From positions 104,906,001 through 104,970,000 of the forward strand of contig NC_086107.1 of assembly GCF_963921235.1 (NCBI RefSeq): a stretch of DNA of 64,000 nt. Reading direction: 5' to 3'. Source of the stretch: Mobula hypostoma. Its lineage: Eukaryota. Position 1 is the first letter of the stretch. The number at the start of each line of letters is the position of its first letter. The notes under the pieces are model-generated. The model saw nothing but the letters and a program-made list of their open reading frames with translations, ran no database searches and had not been told where the DNA came from. Positions 38,437 to 50,503 of this stretch are shown one piece after another. The translations under genes and the position numbers were made by a program.

Positions 38437-40685
38437 TTATATATATATAAAAGTTAAATAAGTGGTGCAAAAAACAAATAAAAATGTAGTGAGGTAGTGT
38501 TCGTGGGTTCAATGTCCATTCAGAAATCTGATGGCTGGAGGGGAAGAAGCTGTTCCTGAATTGCTGATTGTGTGTCTTCAGGCTCCTGTACCCTCCTTCC
38601 TGATGGTAGCAATGAGAACAAGGCATGACCTGGGTGATGGGGGTCCTTAATGATGGACGTCGCCTTTTTGAGGCATCACTCCTTGAAGATGTCCTGGATA
38701 CTACAGAGGTTAGTGCCCATGATGGAGCTGACTAAGTTTATTTCGATCCCATGCAGTAGCCCCTCTCCTCCCTCCCCCCCAATACCAGACGGTGATGCAG
38801 CCAGTCAGAATTCTCTCCACGGTGCATCTGTAGAACTCTGCGAGTGTCCTTGGTGACATACCAAATTTAATCAATATTTAATTGTAAGTATCACAGTTCT
38901 GCCTATTTATAAACATTCTCTAAGTACTTCTAGCTGTTTCAACAGTGTCCATTACTTTCTCCCAAGAGATCGGTATTGTGAGTTAATTTAACTAATGCCA
39001 TCGACCGCTTAGAAACAGCAAGGTCCCCAGAGCCAATACCTGGAGGTCTCTGTACCTCTCTCTCCCTGACATCATCCTGCCTTGCTTACAACTTGATAAG
39101 CAAATTTCTTTCCACCTTCCAAACTGTACTTTTACAATCCACAATTCACTGACTGTGCATTCCATAAGAAACAAGGCACATTACAAACAAAAATCAGTCA
39201 AGGGGTTTTGTGAGATAAACGTTAAACATTTTGAATTATTTCTACTCTGAGATAGATGTGTAACTGCCATCCCTTCACCTTCTGCTGTTTAAAATGCTCT
39301 CATTAGTGGATCCCAAATTTCAGAAGAATCCAATACTTCAGACTGAATTAAAACTGCAGAATCAAGAATAAAGAAAACGCTGTATACACTCAACAGGTCA
39401 GGCCACACCTTTTTTATTTATTGAGGTATGGTGCAGAATCAGCCCTTCTGCTCCTTTCAGCTGCATCGCCCAGTAATCCCCCAGTTTAATCCCAGCCTGA
39501 TCAGTTACAATGACCAATTAACCTACCAGCCAGCAAGCTGTTTAACTGTGGGAGGAAACCAGAGCACCCGGAGGAAACCCACGGGGTCATGGGGAAGAAC
39601 GTACAAACTCCGGGAATTGAACCTGAGTCGCCTGTGCTGTAAAGCGTTGTGATAACCACTACACCATCACGTGGAAAGAGGAACAGAGATCAACAGCTGA
39701 CAAAACGTGAGCTCTGTTTTTCTCTCTCTCCACAGACGCTGCACATTTCGGGAGCTGATCAGACGACAGCCGGCAGAGAGGGCAGGAATCCCCTGACTCC
39801 CTTCTCCCTCCCCACCAACAGAATTCTCCTTCAGGATATTGATGAGGACAATTGCTCCCCACCTGGACCACCACAAGTGGTTCAATTGTACAAATGACAA
39901 GCAGAATGGGATAGCGACACTGATCATCAGGGTTTCTATATTTCACAGGCGATCCAATGGTTGCAGAGATGACTTTTTATAATGCTGTTTACATGGCAAA
40001 TACATGCTAGTATTTATGTAATTATGCAATTTTTATTCCCTATCCATTAATGTTTATAAATAAACTTATTTTTATATAATTCTACTTTCTTATAATTGTT
40101 GAATTTTTTTTGCATGTAGTGCTGACACACCAGAGCAAATTCCTAATACATGCAAATATAGATGGCAAATAAAGATCTTTGTGTGTGGCCAGGGTCAAAA
40201 GTGCCACTGAGAGGTTTTGAAGCTAGGCTAGAGTGGGACCTCGAAGGGTGGAGTCTCAGGATTACACCCGGCGCTTCTGAGCACAGACACACAAAGATAG
40301 ACAATGTGTGGCTGGCGAGCTGGTGAAGGAACTGGGGACACTTCTGGAGAAGGTGACTACTCTACAAGCCTGACGGGTCACACCTCAGGCGGGAACATGG
40401 CCCAACTCCTCACAGGGGTTGTTGGAAAGGGTTAGACTAATTTGTCAGGGGACCTTAGAGCAGACTTGGACAGAAGAAAACCCAAATGGAAAGAGTTCAG
40501 ATGACGGGGGCGAGGGTGTTAGGACAGCTGTATAGACCGTGCATGATGATAACCATAGTGTATTGGGGAGGGCAGGGGGGGAGATTAAAAAATGGCAAGA
40601 TAAAACTAAAGACTTTATTGGAAAGTGTGCAGTATGTGTGAGGGAATAGGAAAGTCGTTGACCCAATTGAAATAAACAGATATGA

Positions 40686-41034
40686 TCTGTGGTCGGGTGC
40701 TTCCAGGATGCTGCATTGGCAAGTTTGTGGCGCTGGAAGCTCATGGCAGGGAGAGTTTACTGCCTTCTACCGTCTGTGTGAGATGTTGGGACTTTTGAGA
40801 GACTTTGAGACATTTTTTACTGTGCCCATGGTCTGTTCTTTATCAGATTATGGTATTGGTTGCACTGTTGTAACTATATGTTATAATTATGTGGTTTTTG
40901 TCAGTTTTAGTCTTGGTTTGTCTTGTATTTCTGTGATATCACACTGGAGGAACATTGTATCATTTCTTAATGCATGCATTTCTAAATGACAATAAAAGAG
41001 GACTGAGTGTCCTCATAATCTAATCTAATCTAAT
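40686..41034 (+). mobile_element. 5'-truncated copy of the (TAATC)n element inside an old CR1 ORF1/ORF2 junction remnant
   Basis: Same 3' half; tail ataatctaatctaatctaat. Confidence 0.85.
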
Positions 41035-41379
41035 AGTATTTATAGACTTGGCAACATGATCAACGCTGGAACTGGATATTCAGGAGGATGTGACATTTTA
41101 GTGTCACGGATATAAACTATGGAGAGGTGGGGTTACATGAATCACAAGGGGGAGTGACTTTTTAAGAAGTTGACGTTACTCCCACTGTTTATGTCAAATC
41201 AAAATTATCTGAATGATCCCATCTTCAATTAAAAGAAACCATCCTAGCCCGTTATGATTCCCACTGTCCTTCTGAAAGCATAGCTAGAGTTGGAGGAGGC
41301 AGAATATTATATTAAAAGATCAACTAGCATGAAAACAGGGAATTACAACGGGTAGAGACACAAAAGAGAGCGCAGGCCA

Positions 41380-41549
41380 CGCCGGTGTTAGAGGGCAAGA
41401 CAGGAAGGGGGCGGGGCAAAGGGGGAGCAGATCTAGCGCCGCCTTGTGGCGAGCGGCGGCCCCACAGGCCGATCCACGATCCGCCATCCGCGATCGATTG
41501 GTTCGGCTGGTGCGGCCCAGTCGTACTCGGTCGTTCAGAAGATGGCGGC
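41380..41549 (+). promoter_or_regulatory. FMC1 CpG-island promoter with GC box, inverted CCAAT box and YY1 motif
   Basis: CpG-dense; GGGGGCGGGGC near 41407, GATTGG near 41496, AAGATGGCGGC at 41539-41549 overlapping the ATG; further CCAAT boxes in intron 1 near 41700 and 41763. Confidence 0.75.
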
Positions 41550-41667
41550 GGCGTCCCATCCGCTGCGGGTGTTCAGGGCGCTTCTGAAGGAGCTGCGGAG
41601 CCAGGGCAGCGATTACCGACATTCCGCCGCCTACAGATATATCACGGAGCAGTACCGGAGAAACCAG
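41542..41667 (+). CDS. FMC1: FMC1 exon 1, formation of mitochondrial complex V assembly factor 1 (C7orf55 homolog)
   Basis: MAAASHPLRVFRALLKELRSQGSDYRHSAAYRYITEQYRRNQ, 42 codons; ATG in strong context; donor CAG/GTgaaa, phase 0. Confidence 0.93.
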
Positions 41668-42559
41668 GTGAAACCCTGCAACCGGCAGAGAGGGCCTAGC
41701 CAATCGGAAATGCAGCTGGGAGGCAGGGGCGGGTGTTGCTGGATAATTGACGGCAGGGTCAGCCAATCACGAGGGGGGCCGACTAAAGCAGAGGCAGACA
41801 GTACAGCAATTTATAAACCAGAAAATAACCATCTAGTGTCATTAAGATCGGGGATAAAGGTCAATAATCAAGAGGTCGTGAGTCAAGAATCTAGGAAACT
41901 CCGGGTCAGGAGTCAAAGGTCAAGGTTGGGGTAGAGGATGCGCAATCCTGGATTACTGAGACAGTTCAAAGGTTAAAATCTGAGGACAGACAGGATTTAG
42001 TTCACAGTTAAACAGGCAGAGAGCAATTGGTATATCCTGGGGTAAGAGGTCACAAAAAAGGGACAGACCCATAAAGTTACTGCCAGAGCATTCGGGGTTT
42101 GAAGCTCACAGTAAACTGAGCTTCGAGTGAGCAAGGAGTTTCGTTGGACTTTGGTGTATGTGAAAATAAATGTGGCTGTGTGTGAGTTTTCCCCTAAAAT
42201 GCTCCAATTGCCTTTCCCAACCCAAAGACGAGTCATTTGTTCGGTGGGCTGGCATGGTGCTTGTGGGCCAAACAGCCTCTTGTGTTGGAAAGAAATGCGC
42301 AAATCAGGGCAGACTAAAAAGGGTTTAGATATTGATTAGGCGTGATCCAAAACAGAATCTAAGGGGCTGAGGGGACGAATGGCCTCTGTCAGATTATATG
42401 AGAGCTCTTCTCTGCTGCCCAATCTTTACCCAAGGTCAGAAGGAAGAAATATGAGGTAACAACCCACTTACACTCTACCTGGGAACCTCCTGCAAACCCT
42501 CTCCAATGTCAGCACTTCTGTTCTTAGATGCGGAGCCCAGAATTGTTCAGAATACTCTA

Positions 42560-43085
42560 TTGTGAACAGCTTTAGGCTCCTCATCTAAGGAAATACGTGC
42601 TGGCATTGGAGAGGGTTCTGAGAATGTTCACAAAAATGATTCCAGGAATGAAAGGGTTATCATATGAGGAACATTTGATAGCTCGGGACCTGTATTCACT
42701 GGAATTTAGGGGGGGGGGATCTCATTGAAACCTTTCGAATGTTAAAAGGCCCAGATATGGTGGATATGGAAAGGATGTTTCCCATGGTGAGGGAGTCTAG
42801 GACAAGAGGGCACAGCCTCAGGATGGAGGGACATCCATTTAAAACAGATGCAGAGAAATTTCTTTTAGCCAGAGGGTGGTGAATTTGTAGAACTTGTTGC
42901 CACATGCAGCTGTGGAGGTCAGGTGGTTGGGTGTATTTAAGGCAGAGATTGGTAGGTTCTTGATTGGACATGGCATCAAAGGTTACGGGGAGAAGGCCGG
43001 GGAGTGGGGCTGAGGAGGGGGAACATATCAGCCATGATTGAATGGTGGAGCAGACTTGACGGGTCTAATTCTGCTCCTACGGTCT
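42560..43085 (+). mobile_element. CR1 3' fragment in the FMC1 intron; a second antisense CR1 fragment lies at about 43365-43820
   Basis: RT C-terminus and CR1 3'UTR homology. Confidence 0.85.
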
Positions 43086-43950
43086 AATGGCAGGAATTTG
43101 TAGCTGTGACGTTGCTGCGAGCAAAGATTTGCCTCACCCTACATGTGCATGCAACAATAAACGTGCCTGCTGGACCAGGAACGGGGTCCCGGATTTTACT
43201 GCAGTGAGCTGCAAATCTCCGGGCGCTGGGCTGGTTGGCAGACAAGCTGAACTCTGGGTGTTGCAACCGGAACAGGAGCATCACATCATCCAGCTCCCAG
43301 CTGCTGTGAGATGTGCTTTGCAGCTCCTTTAAAATAGTCACCTGAGGATGAACTTAACGTCCGTAAGACCAAAAGACCAGAATTGGGCTGTTCAGCCCGT
43401 CGAATCTGCTCTGCCATTCAATCGTGGCTGGTTTATTATCCCTCTCCACCCCATTTTCCTGCCCTCTCCTTGTCACCTTCAACACCCTTACCAGTCAACC
43501 TCTGCTTTAAGTGTACCCAATGGCTTGCCCTCCACAGCCGGCTGTGGCCACGAATTCCACAGATTCACCCCCTCTGGCTAAAGAATTTCCTCCTCATCTC
43601 TGTTGCAAAGGGGCGTCCTTGTATTCTAAGGCTGTGCACCCCCCCCCCACAAGTCCTAGACTCCCCCACTGTAGGAAACACCCTGTCCTCGTCCAGCCTT
43701 TTGACATTCGATAGGTTTCAGTGAGGTTCCCTCTCATTCTTCTATTCCTGGGATCATTCTTGTGAGCCTCCTCTGGAACCTCTCCAACGCTAACATGTCC
43801 TTTCTGAGATTAAGGCCTCAAGATCCTATTTCGGGTGAGTTTCCCGTCTGGCCTGGCCTTTGGCGGGGACTTCCTGAATATGGCTTCCTTGATTTTCCGT
43901 ATTGCCTGAGGTGGGAACGGGAACTGACAACACGGCCGTTACCATTGCAG

Positions 43951-44154
43951 GTTACCAGTGAGAAGCTGTGCTGTACTCAGCAGGAACTGGTCCACCAGGC
44001 CTCCACCTACCTGTGCCTGCTGCACAGCATCCGCCAGCACCTGGCGCTGCACCACAAGTACCATGGCAAGGGGGAGCGCTCACCCCGGGACATAGCACGG
44101 CAGGTCGGCTTCAAGTTGCCGCTGCAGCCTGGGGGCAAAGGGTGGGAGAAGTGA
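43951..44154 (+). CDS. FMC1: FMC1 exon 2 (VTSEKLC...HGKGERS...QPGGKGWEK*); full protein 109 aa
   Basis: Branch point CTGAC at 43924 and ttgcAG acceptor; motifs VTSEKLC, TYLCLL, HGKGERS and PGGKGWE match recalled FMC1. Confidence 0.95.
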   Translation, partial: VTSEKLCCTQQELVHQASTYLCLLHSIRQHLALHHKYHGKGERSPRDIARQVGFKLPLQPGGKGWEK

Positions 44155-44289
44155 GGAGCCGAGAGAAGTTCTGCGTTCCCAGTCTCCAGAGTGCACTTTT
44201 CTCCGCAAGTGTCGCCGACTGCCAGAATAGATGGATAACGTGGACACTTGAACTTTTCTAGACACAGCTTCTGAATGATTCACGATGTA

Positions 44290-44295
44290 AATAAA
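44290..44295 (+). terminator. FMC1 polyadenylation signal
   Basis: AATAAA about 135 nt after the stop, followed by GT-rich ttgtgactgtgtcgtgt. Confidence 0.8.
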
Positions 44296-44359
44296 GTATT
44301 TAAACCGCATTTGTGACTGTGTCGTGTCCCTTCGTCCAACTCCTCCTTGCCAACCAAGT

Positions 44360-45105
44360 AGAGTAACTCACACAGAATGCTGGAGGAATTCAGCAGGTCA
44401 GGCAGCACCTACAGGGGCACAAACAGTCAACATTTTGGGCCGAGACCCTACAACGGGAACTGACATTAGGAGGACTGATGAAGCATATTAGCCTGAAAAG
44501 TCGACTGTTTATATAGAGCATAAGAAATAGGAGCAGGAGTCGGCCATCTGGCCTGTCAGCCCTGCTCCACCATTCAATAAGATCATGGCTGATCTGACCA
44601 TGGACTCATCTCCACCTGCCTGCCTTTTCCCTATAACCCGTAATTCCCCCACTATGCAAAAATCTATCCTACCTTGTCTTAAATATATTTACTGAGGCAG
44701 CCTCCACTGTTTCATTGGGCAGAGAATTCTACAGATTCACCACTCACTGGGAAAAGCAGTTCCTCCTCATCTCCATCCTAAATTTACTCCCCTGAATCTT
44801 GAGGCTATGTCCCCTAGTTTAGTCTCACCTACCTGTGGAAACAACTTTCCTGCCTCTGTCTTATCTATCCCTTTCATAATTTTATATGTTGCTATAAGAT
44901 CTACTCTCATTCTTCTGAATTCCAGCGAGTACAGTCCCAGGCAACTGAATCTCTCCTCATAGTCTAACCCCCTCATCTCTGGGATCAACCTGGTGAGCCT
45001 CCTCTGCGTCACATTCCCCTAATGCTGTCTGACCTGCTGAGTTCCTCCTGCACGTTGAGTGCATTATTCTGCATTTCCAGCATCTGCACAATCTCCTGTG
45101 TTTAT
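44360..45105. mobile_element. Inverted Penelope pLTR pair interrupted by a CR1 3' fragment (about 44512-45010)
   Basis: pLTR text breaks at gactgtttat and resumes at attcccctaatgctg. Confidence 0.75.
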
Positions 45106-45464
45106 ACCCAGCTACGCTAGTCCCGTCTGTCCGTGTTTGACCGATGTCCTTCTTAACGTATATTCATCCAAAGATAAGGGGCCCAAAACTGCTCACAATA
45201 CTCCAAGTGAGGCCTCACCAGTGCTTTATAAAGCCTCAACATTACATCCTTGATTTTATGGGGTCACATTTTTTCTCTGGAATGTTCCCTGTACTATTTT
45301 TATTTGCCCAATTTGACTTCTTTTTGGTTGTTGGTTAATTTTTTTTCGCTAAAATTTTATTTATTTTTCATGTAAATACCTGCAGTAAAATGAATCTCAA
45401 GGTAATGTATATAACATATATAATCAGATAAATTTACATTGAACTTTGGATTGCATGGTCATAT

Positions 45465-46320
45465 TTTTCTTTCCTCCTACACCAACTCCTTAGCCACGTA
45501 TTAAACTGTACGATCTTCCTAGTTCTGGCCTCACTAGCTTGTGGCACAGGTAGCAATCCTGAGATCACAACCCTGGAGGTTCTGCCTTTTAACTTAGCAC
45601 CTATCTCCTTGAACTTTGTATGCAGAACCTCATCACTGGTCCTACCCACATCATTGGTACCTACATGGACCACGATTTCTGGCTGTTCACCCTCTCACTT
45701 AAGAATGCTGAGGACTCGACCAGAGATATCCCGGACCCTGGCACCTGGGAGGCAATACACCATCTGGGAATCTCATTCTCACCCAAATAATCTGTGTGTT
45801 CCCCTAATGGATGAATTCCCCATCACTACAGTGTTCCTATTCTCCGCCTTTCTGACTGAGTCACAGAGGCAGACTCAGTCCTAGAGACCTGGCCACTCTG
45901 TTCAGTCATTCCCCTCCGCTGACAGTATCCAAAGTGATATACCCGTTGTTGAGGGGAATGGCCACAGGGGTACTCTGCACTGGCTCCTTAACCCCTTTCC
46001 CCTTCCTGACTGTCACCCGGTTTCCTGTGCCCTGCATCTTGGGAGCAACTTCCTCTCTATATGTCCTATCTATCCCCCTCAGCCTCCTGCATAATCTGGA
46101 GTTCATCCCATTCCAGCTCCAACTCCTTAACGCGGATTTTTAGAAGCTGCAGTGGATGCACGTCTCATAGTTGTAGTCGTCAGGGACACCGGAGGTCTCC
46201 CTGGGTTCCCACATCATGCAAGAGGAGCTTTCAACTCTCCTGCCTGGCATCTCTACTGTCCCAGTTGAACGGATATAAAGAAGAGAAGGAAAGAACTTGA
46301 GCTTCTCTTTCCTTTGCTTT
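45465..46320 (-). mobile_element. CR1 5' fragment, ORF1 with SGNH-esterase-like domain, decayed
   Basis: VHVGTNDVG...RVVISGLLPVP...NTWLRSWCRR peptide, typical of CR1 ORF1. Confidence 0.85.
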
Positions 46321-46796
46321 CTCTGACTGAAAACTCTCTTTCCTGAAGCCTCAAAGAGCTAAAGCCTCAAGATGACCACTCTGACTATGTCAACTCTGAC
46401 GGTGGCCATCCTTCCTTTAATTTGCCATTACTAATCAATCCCAAACACTGATTGATCACTGGTCAAAGCCCTATCATGCTGCCGTGACCCACTGTTGCCC
46501 TTATCCTCGGGCAGCGAACCTGATTGAAGCCCCCTCCTCTCCAAACTTCTGATGCCCAGGTTAGCCGCTGAGGCCCGCTTGCTGCAGGAACATTCTGTGT
46601 TCTTTGTAAATCCTCCCAGGTCTAATAGCAGGTTTGTCCCCTGTCACTAAAGTGGTCAATACCTGTATCTGGGAAGAGTAGTGAACACGCCAGCCTGCGG
46701 ATGAGCATTGGAAAGTTTTGATCTGAGCCATGAATTGGCCATTCTCAATCTGGGAAGTCTCCTTAAGGCTGTTAAAGCTGGGGAGGGAGGGTTAAG

Positions 46797-47330
46797 TGGG
46801 GTTAAACTCCCACTATCTATCAAATGCTCCCAATGACATCTGTCTCCAATAGCCTCTGACAACCAAGTCCAGATCCTGGCCTTCACGTGTGGCTTGGTGG
46901 AACCATTCCTACTGACAGGAGAAGGGGCAAAGGCGGGTTACTGGCGCCATAAAACCAGTCACTGGGCAGACGGGGCTCGTCAGCCATGGTTGGCAGCTCA
47001 TCTAGGAGAAGGAAAATTCTGATCTCAAACCTCCGCTGCCTTGCAGCCATACCCACTCATGGGGAAGGCTTCAGGAGTAAATCCTGAGGGAAAATCTGAA
47101 ATTGGAGTCCCCAAAGCAGTCCTACGATGAATTCAATGCTGACTGGCAACTCCTGCGACATCGCTGGTGCCAAACTGTATCGGTCTCTGCCATTCCTTTG
47201 GATTCGTCAGCTGTGTAGAGTGGGAGAGCCTGCTGTATGGGCAACCGCTTGATCTCCATATCGTACTACACAGGCTTGCGTATCTCATAGACAGCTGGGA
47301 GGCAACGTCCATGATCGACCCCACCCAACA
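46797..47330 (+). mobile_element. Probable RTE-clade 5'UTR-derived non-autonomous element
   Basis: Non-coding; ggcagctcatctaggagaaggaaaattctgatctcaaacc resembles recalled RTE 5' ends; boundaries uncertain. Confidence 0.55.
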
Positions 47331-47399
47331 CAGATCCTCTGCTAGGAAAATGTCTGCTCAAAGTCTCTGTGCTGGCCAAGCAGTGTTACGAAATATTCT

Positions 47400-47830
47400 T
47401 CAGGCATGAGAAGTTGTCATAAGGTGCTTGTTGGATGCAGCCTTGAGTAGGCAGCTTGGCCTGGAGGTCAGTGAGTTCTCCGCGTAGGTGCTGAATAAAC
47501 ACCGACAGGAAAAGGATTTTCAGAAACACCCTTTTCCCAAATCTTGGAAAACTGCTTCTGTAGTAATCTGAGCTTTCGCACGGCTGTGTCCCTTGCTTCC
47601 AAAGTTTGGCTCTTTCTGAGACGTGCACAAATTGGAAAGTGATGACATTTTGCTAACTGCTTCCCAAAGCAGCTGTGGTTTTATCAGAAACCCTTTTGCG
47701 TGGCCACATAAATCGGAGATTATCTTCTCACATCCCTGCAGTTTCACACTGAGATTATTTATATGCTGAGTCACGTCAGCTGGAACACTGAGTTCTCACA
47801 TCAGTTCTTCCATAGCGATGCCTTTTCCAG
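47400..47830 (-). pseudogene. hAT (Charlie/SPIN/GTF2IRD2-like) transposase remnant
   Basis: DVTQHINNLSVKLQGCEKIISDLCGHAKGF resembles the hAT D-x3-HLNxLNxKLQG motif; frameshifted. Confidence 0.7.
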
Positions 47831-47961
47831 TTCATGAACGGGTTGATTTCAGCTCATGCATGGCCCCAAGTCTGTTCAGCACCGAGCTGCCAAGTGTCAT
47901 GGTGGTGGAGCCTCTATGTGAATATCTGAAGGGTCTGCTCCTCAGGTTTAGCCCCACACCC

Positions 47962-49031
47962 CTGGTCACCTGGTACAGAGGGAGCGGTGTGCCCCTCAAG
48001 GGGGATCTCTTGGTCGCCTGGTACAGAGGGAGCGATGTGCCCCTCAGGAGATCTCCTGGTACAGAGGGAGCGGTGTGCCCCTCGGGGGAGGGTCACCTGG
48101 TACAGAGGGAGCAGTGTGCCCCTCGGGAGGGGGTCACCTGGTACAGAGGGAGCAGTGTGCCCCTCGGGGGGGGGAGGTCACCTGGTACAGAGGGACCGGT
48201 GTGTCCCTCGGGGGGGGGTCACCTGGTACAGAGGGAGCGGTGTGCCCCTCGGGAGGGGGTCACCTGGTACAGAGGGAGCAGTGTGCCCCTCGGGGGGGGG
48301 AGGTCACCTGGTACAGAGGGAGCGGTGTGTCCCTCGGGGGGGGGGTCACCTGGTACAGAGGGAGCGGTGTGCCCCTTGGGGGGGGGGTCACCTGGTACAG
48401 AGGGAGCGGTGTGTCCCTCGGGGGGGGGTCACCTGGTACAGAGGGAGCGGTGTGCCCCTTGGGGGGGGGTCACCTGGTACAGAGGGAGCGGTGTGCCCCT
48501 CAAGGGGGATCTCTTGGTCACCTGGTACAGAGGGAGCGATGTGCCCCTCAGGAGATCTCCTGGTACAGAGGGAGCGGTGTGCCCCTCGGGGGAGAGTCAC
48601 CTGGTACAAAGGGAGCGGTGTGCCCCTTGGGGGGGGTCACCTGGTACAGAGGGAGCGGTGTGCCCCTCAAGGGGGATCTCTTGGTCACCTGGTACAGAGG
48701 GAGCGATGTGCCCCTCAGGAGATCTCCTGGTACAGAGGGAGCGGTGTGCCCCTCGGGGGAGAGTCACCTGGTACAGAGGGAGCGGTGTGCCCCTCTGGGG
48801 GGGGGGGTCACCTGGTACAGAGGGAGCGGTGTGCCCCTCGGGGGGGGGGGGTCACCTGGTACAGAGGGAGCGGTGTGCCCCTCGGGGGGGGTCACCTGGT
48901 ACAGAGGGAGCGGTGTGCCCCTCTGGGGGGGGGGGTCACCTGGTACAGAGGGAGCGGTGTGCCCCTCGGGGGGGGGTCACCTGGTACAGAGGGAACGGTG
49001 TGCCCCTCAGGGGGATCTCCTGGTCACCTGG
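47962..49031. repeat. G-rich minisatellite, 25 units of about 38-48 bp
   Basis: Unit GGTCACCTGGTACAGAGGGAGCGGTGTGCCCCTC followed by a variable G run; counted by hand. Confidence 0.97.
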
Positions 49032-49514
49032 CTCCCAGGTCTGGCCAAGCCGACCATTCACAGGTCCATGTGGTGGGCAGCTGGGGGCTCTGCCCCTCTC
49101 CAGGGTACCCATAGGCACAAAGGGGCATCTCTGGGAACGATGGGCCCCACAGGGCTGGAAAGTGTTAATGATATTAATAAACATACTTTAATTCGAAACT
49201 ATAAATAGTTTATGAAGCCCTGATTACTGTTCAGGGCATTATTGGTGAATAAAGGTCTCATATAAAAGTATTATCACTAAACTATACAACACTTTCTTGG
49301 TTTATTTGGAGAAGTTGAAACTGGGAGCCCGAGTCCAAGTCTGCTGGAGGCTGCAGGCCGAACAAGGCACTCTGTCTGGGGATCAGAAGGCCACGTATGT
49401 GTGTGGATTAGGATGAAGCACTGGGGCTTGTTTTGCTGTTGTTTTTGTTATTTGCTATGTTCTGTGTTGTTCTCCCAAGTGTCATGAGCAGGCCATGTTG
49501 ACGCCGGAATGTCA

Positions 49515-50503
49515 TCAAGAAGTACAGCACAGAAATAGGCCCTTCAGCCCATCTAGTCTGTGCTGAAACTATTTGAACTGCCTACTCCCATACCCCTACT
49601 ATCCATGTACCTGTCCAAACTTCTCTTAAACATTGAAATCGAGCTTCCATGCACCACTTGTGCTGGCAGCTCGTTCCGCACTTTCACGACCCTCTGAGTG
49701 AAAAAGTTTCCCCTCATGTTCCCCTTAAACTTTTCACCTTTCACCCTTAACCCATGACCCTCTGGTTATAGCCCCACCCAATCTCAGTGGTAAAAGCTGG
49801 CTTGATTTTACCCAAACTATACTCCATAATTTTGTATCCATAAATCCATAATTTTGTATACCTCTATCAAATCTCCTCTCAATATTCAACGTCCTAAGGA
49901 GTACAGTCCCAACCTATTCAATCTTTCTTTATAACTCGGGTCCTCCAGACCAGGCAACATCCTTGTAAATGTTCTCTGCACTCTTTCAAACTTGTTTACA
50001 TCTTTACTATAGGTGGGTGACCAAAACTGCTCACAAAACTCAAAATTAGGCCTCACCAGTATCTTATACAGCTTCAACATAACATCCGATCCCCTGTACT
50101 CAAGACTTTAATTTATGAAGGCCAGTGTGTCTTTACGACCCTATCTACCTGTGACACCACTTTCAGTGAATTAAGTGCTTTACCTGTATACTCAGATCTG
50201 TTTGTTCTATCATAGTCTCGATGCTGTACCATTCACTGTGTGAGACCCTACTGTGTTTGGCCGTCCCAAAGTACGACACCTCACACTTGTCTGCATTGAA
50301 TTCCATCTGCCATTTTCCAGCCCATTTCTCCAGCTGAAGCAGATCCCTCTGTAAGCCATGATCGTCTTCCTCACTGTCCACTGCACCCTCAATCTTGGTG
50401 TCATGTGCAAATGTGCTGATCCAGTTAACCGCATGATCATCCAGATCATTGATACAGACGACAACGGACCCAGTACCGATCCCTGCGGTACTCCTCTTGT
50501 CAC
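49515..50503 (-). mobile_element. CR1 3' fragment, decayed
   Basis: GVPQGSVLGP, KWQMEFNADKCEV and FFTQRVV peptides. Confidence 0.9.

Noticed and set aside
41446..41934. 162-aa single-exon ORF overlapping FMC1 exon 1
   Set aside because: Non-ATG start; FMC1 similarity covers only 41542-41667 and the rest is intron read-through. The same applies to 43762-43950
47400..47830. Domesticated transposase gene (GTF2IRD2/ZBED-like)
   Set aside because: Short and frameshifted, with no supporting exon structure
47962..49031. CRISPR-like array or CTCF-site array
   Set aside because: No unique spacers, no cas genes, vertebrate context; the CTCF resemblance misses key consensus positions
47818..49208. 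Three overlapping ORFs of 375-457 aa
   Set aside because: By-product of a stop-free minisatellite; all three frames give the same shuffled peptides and G-run length changes shift frame freely
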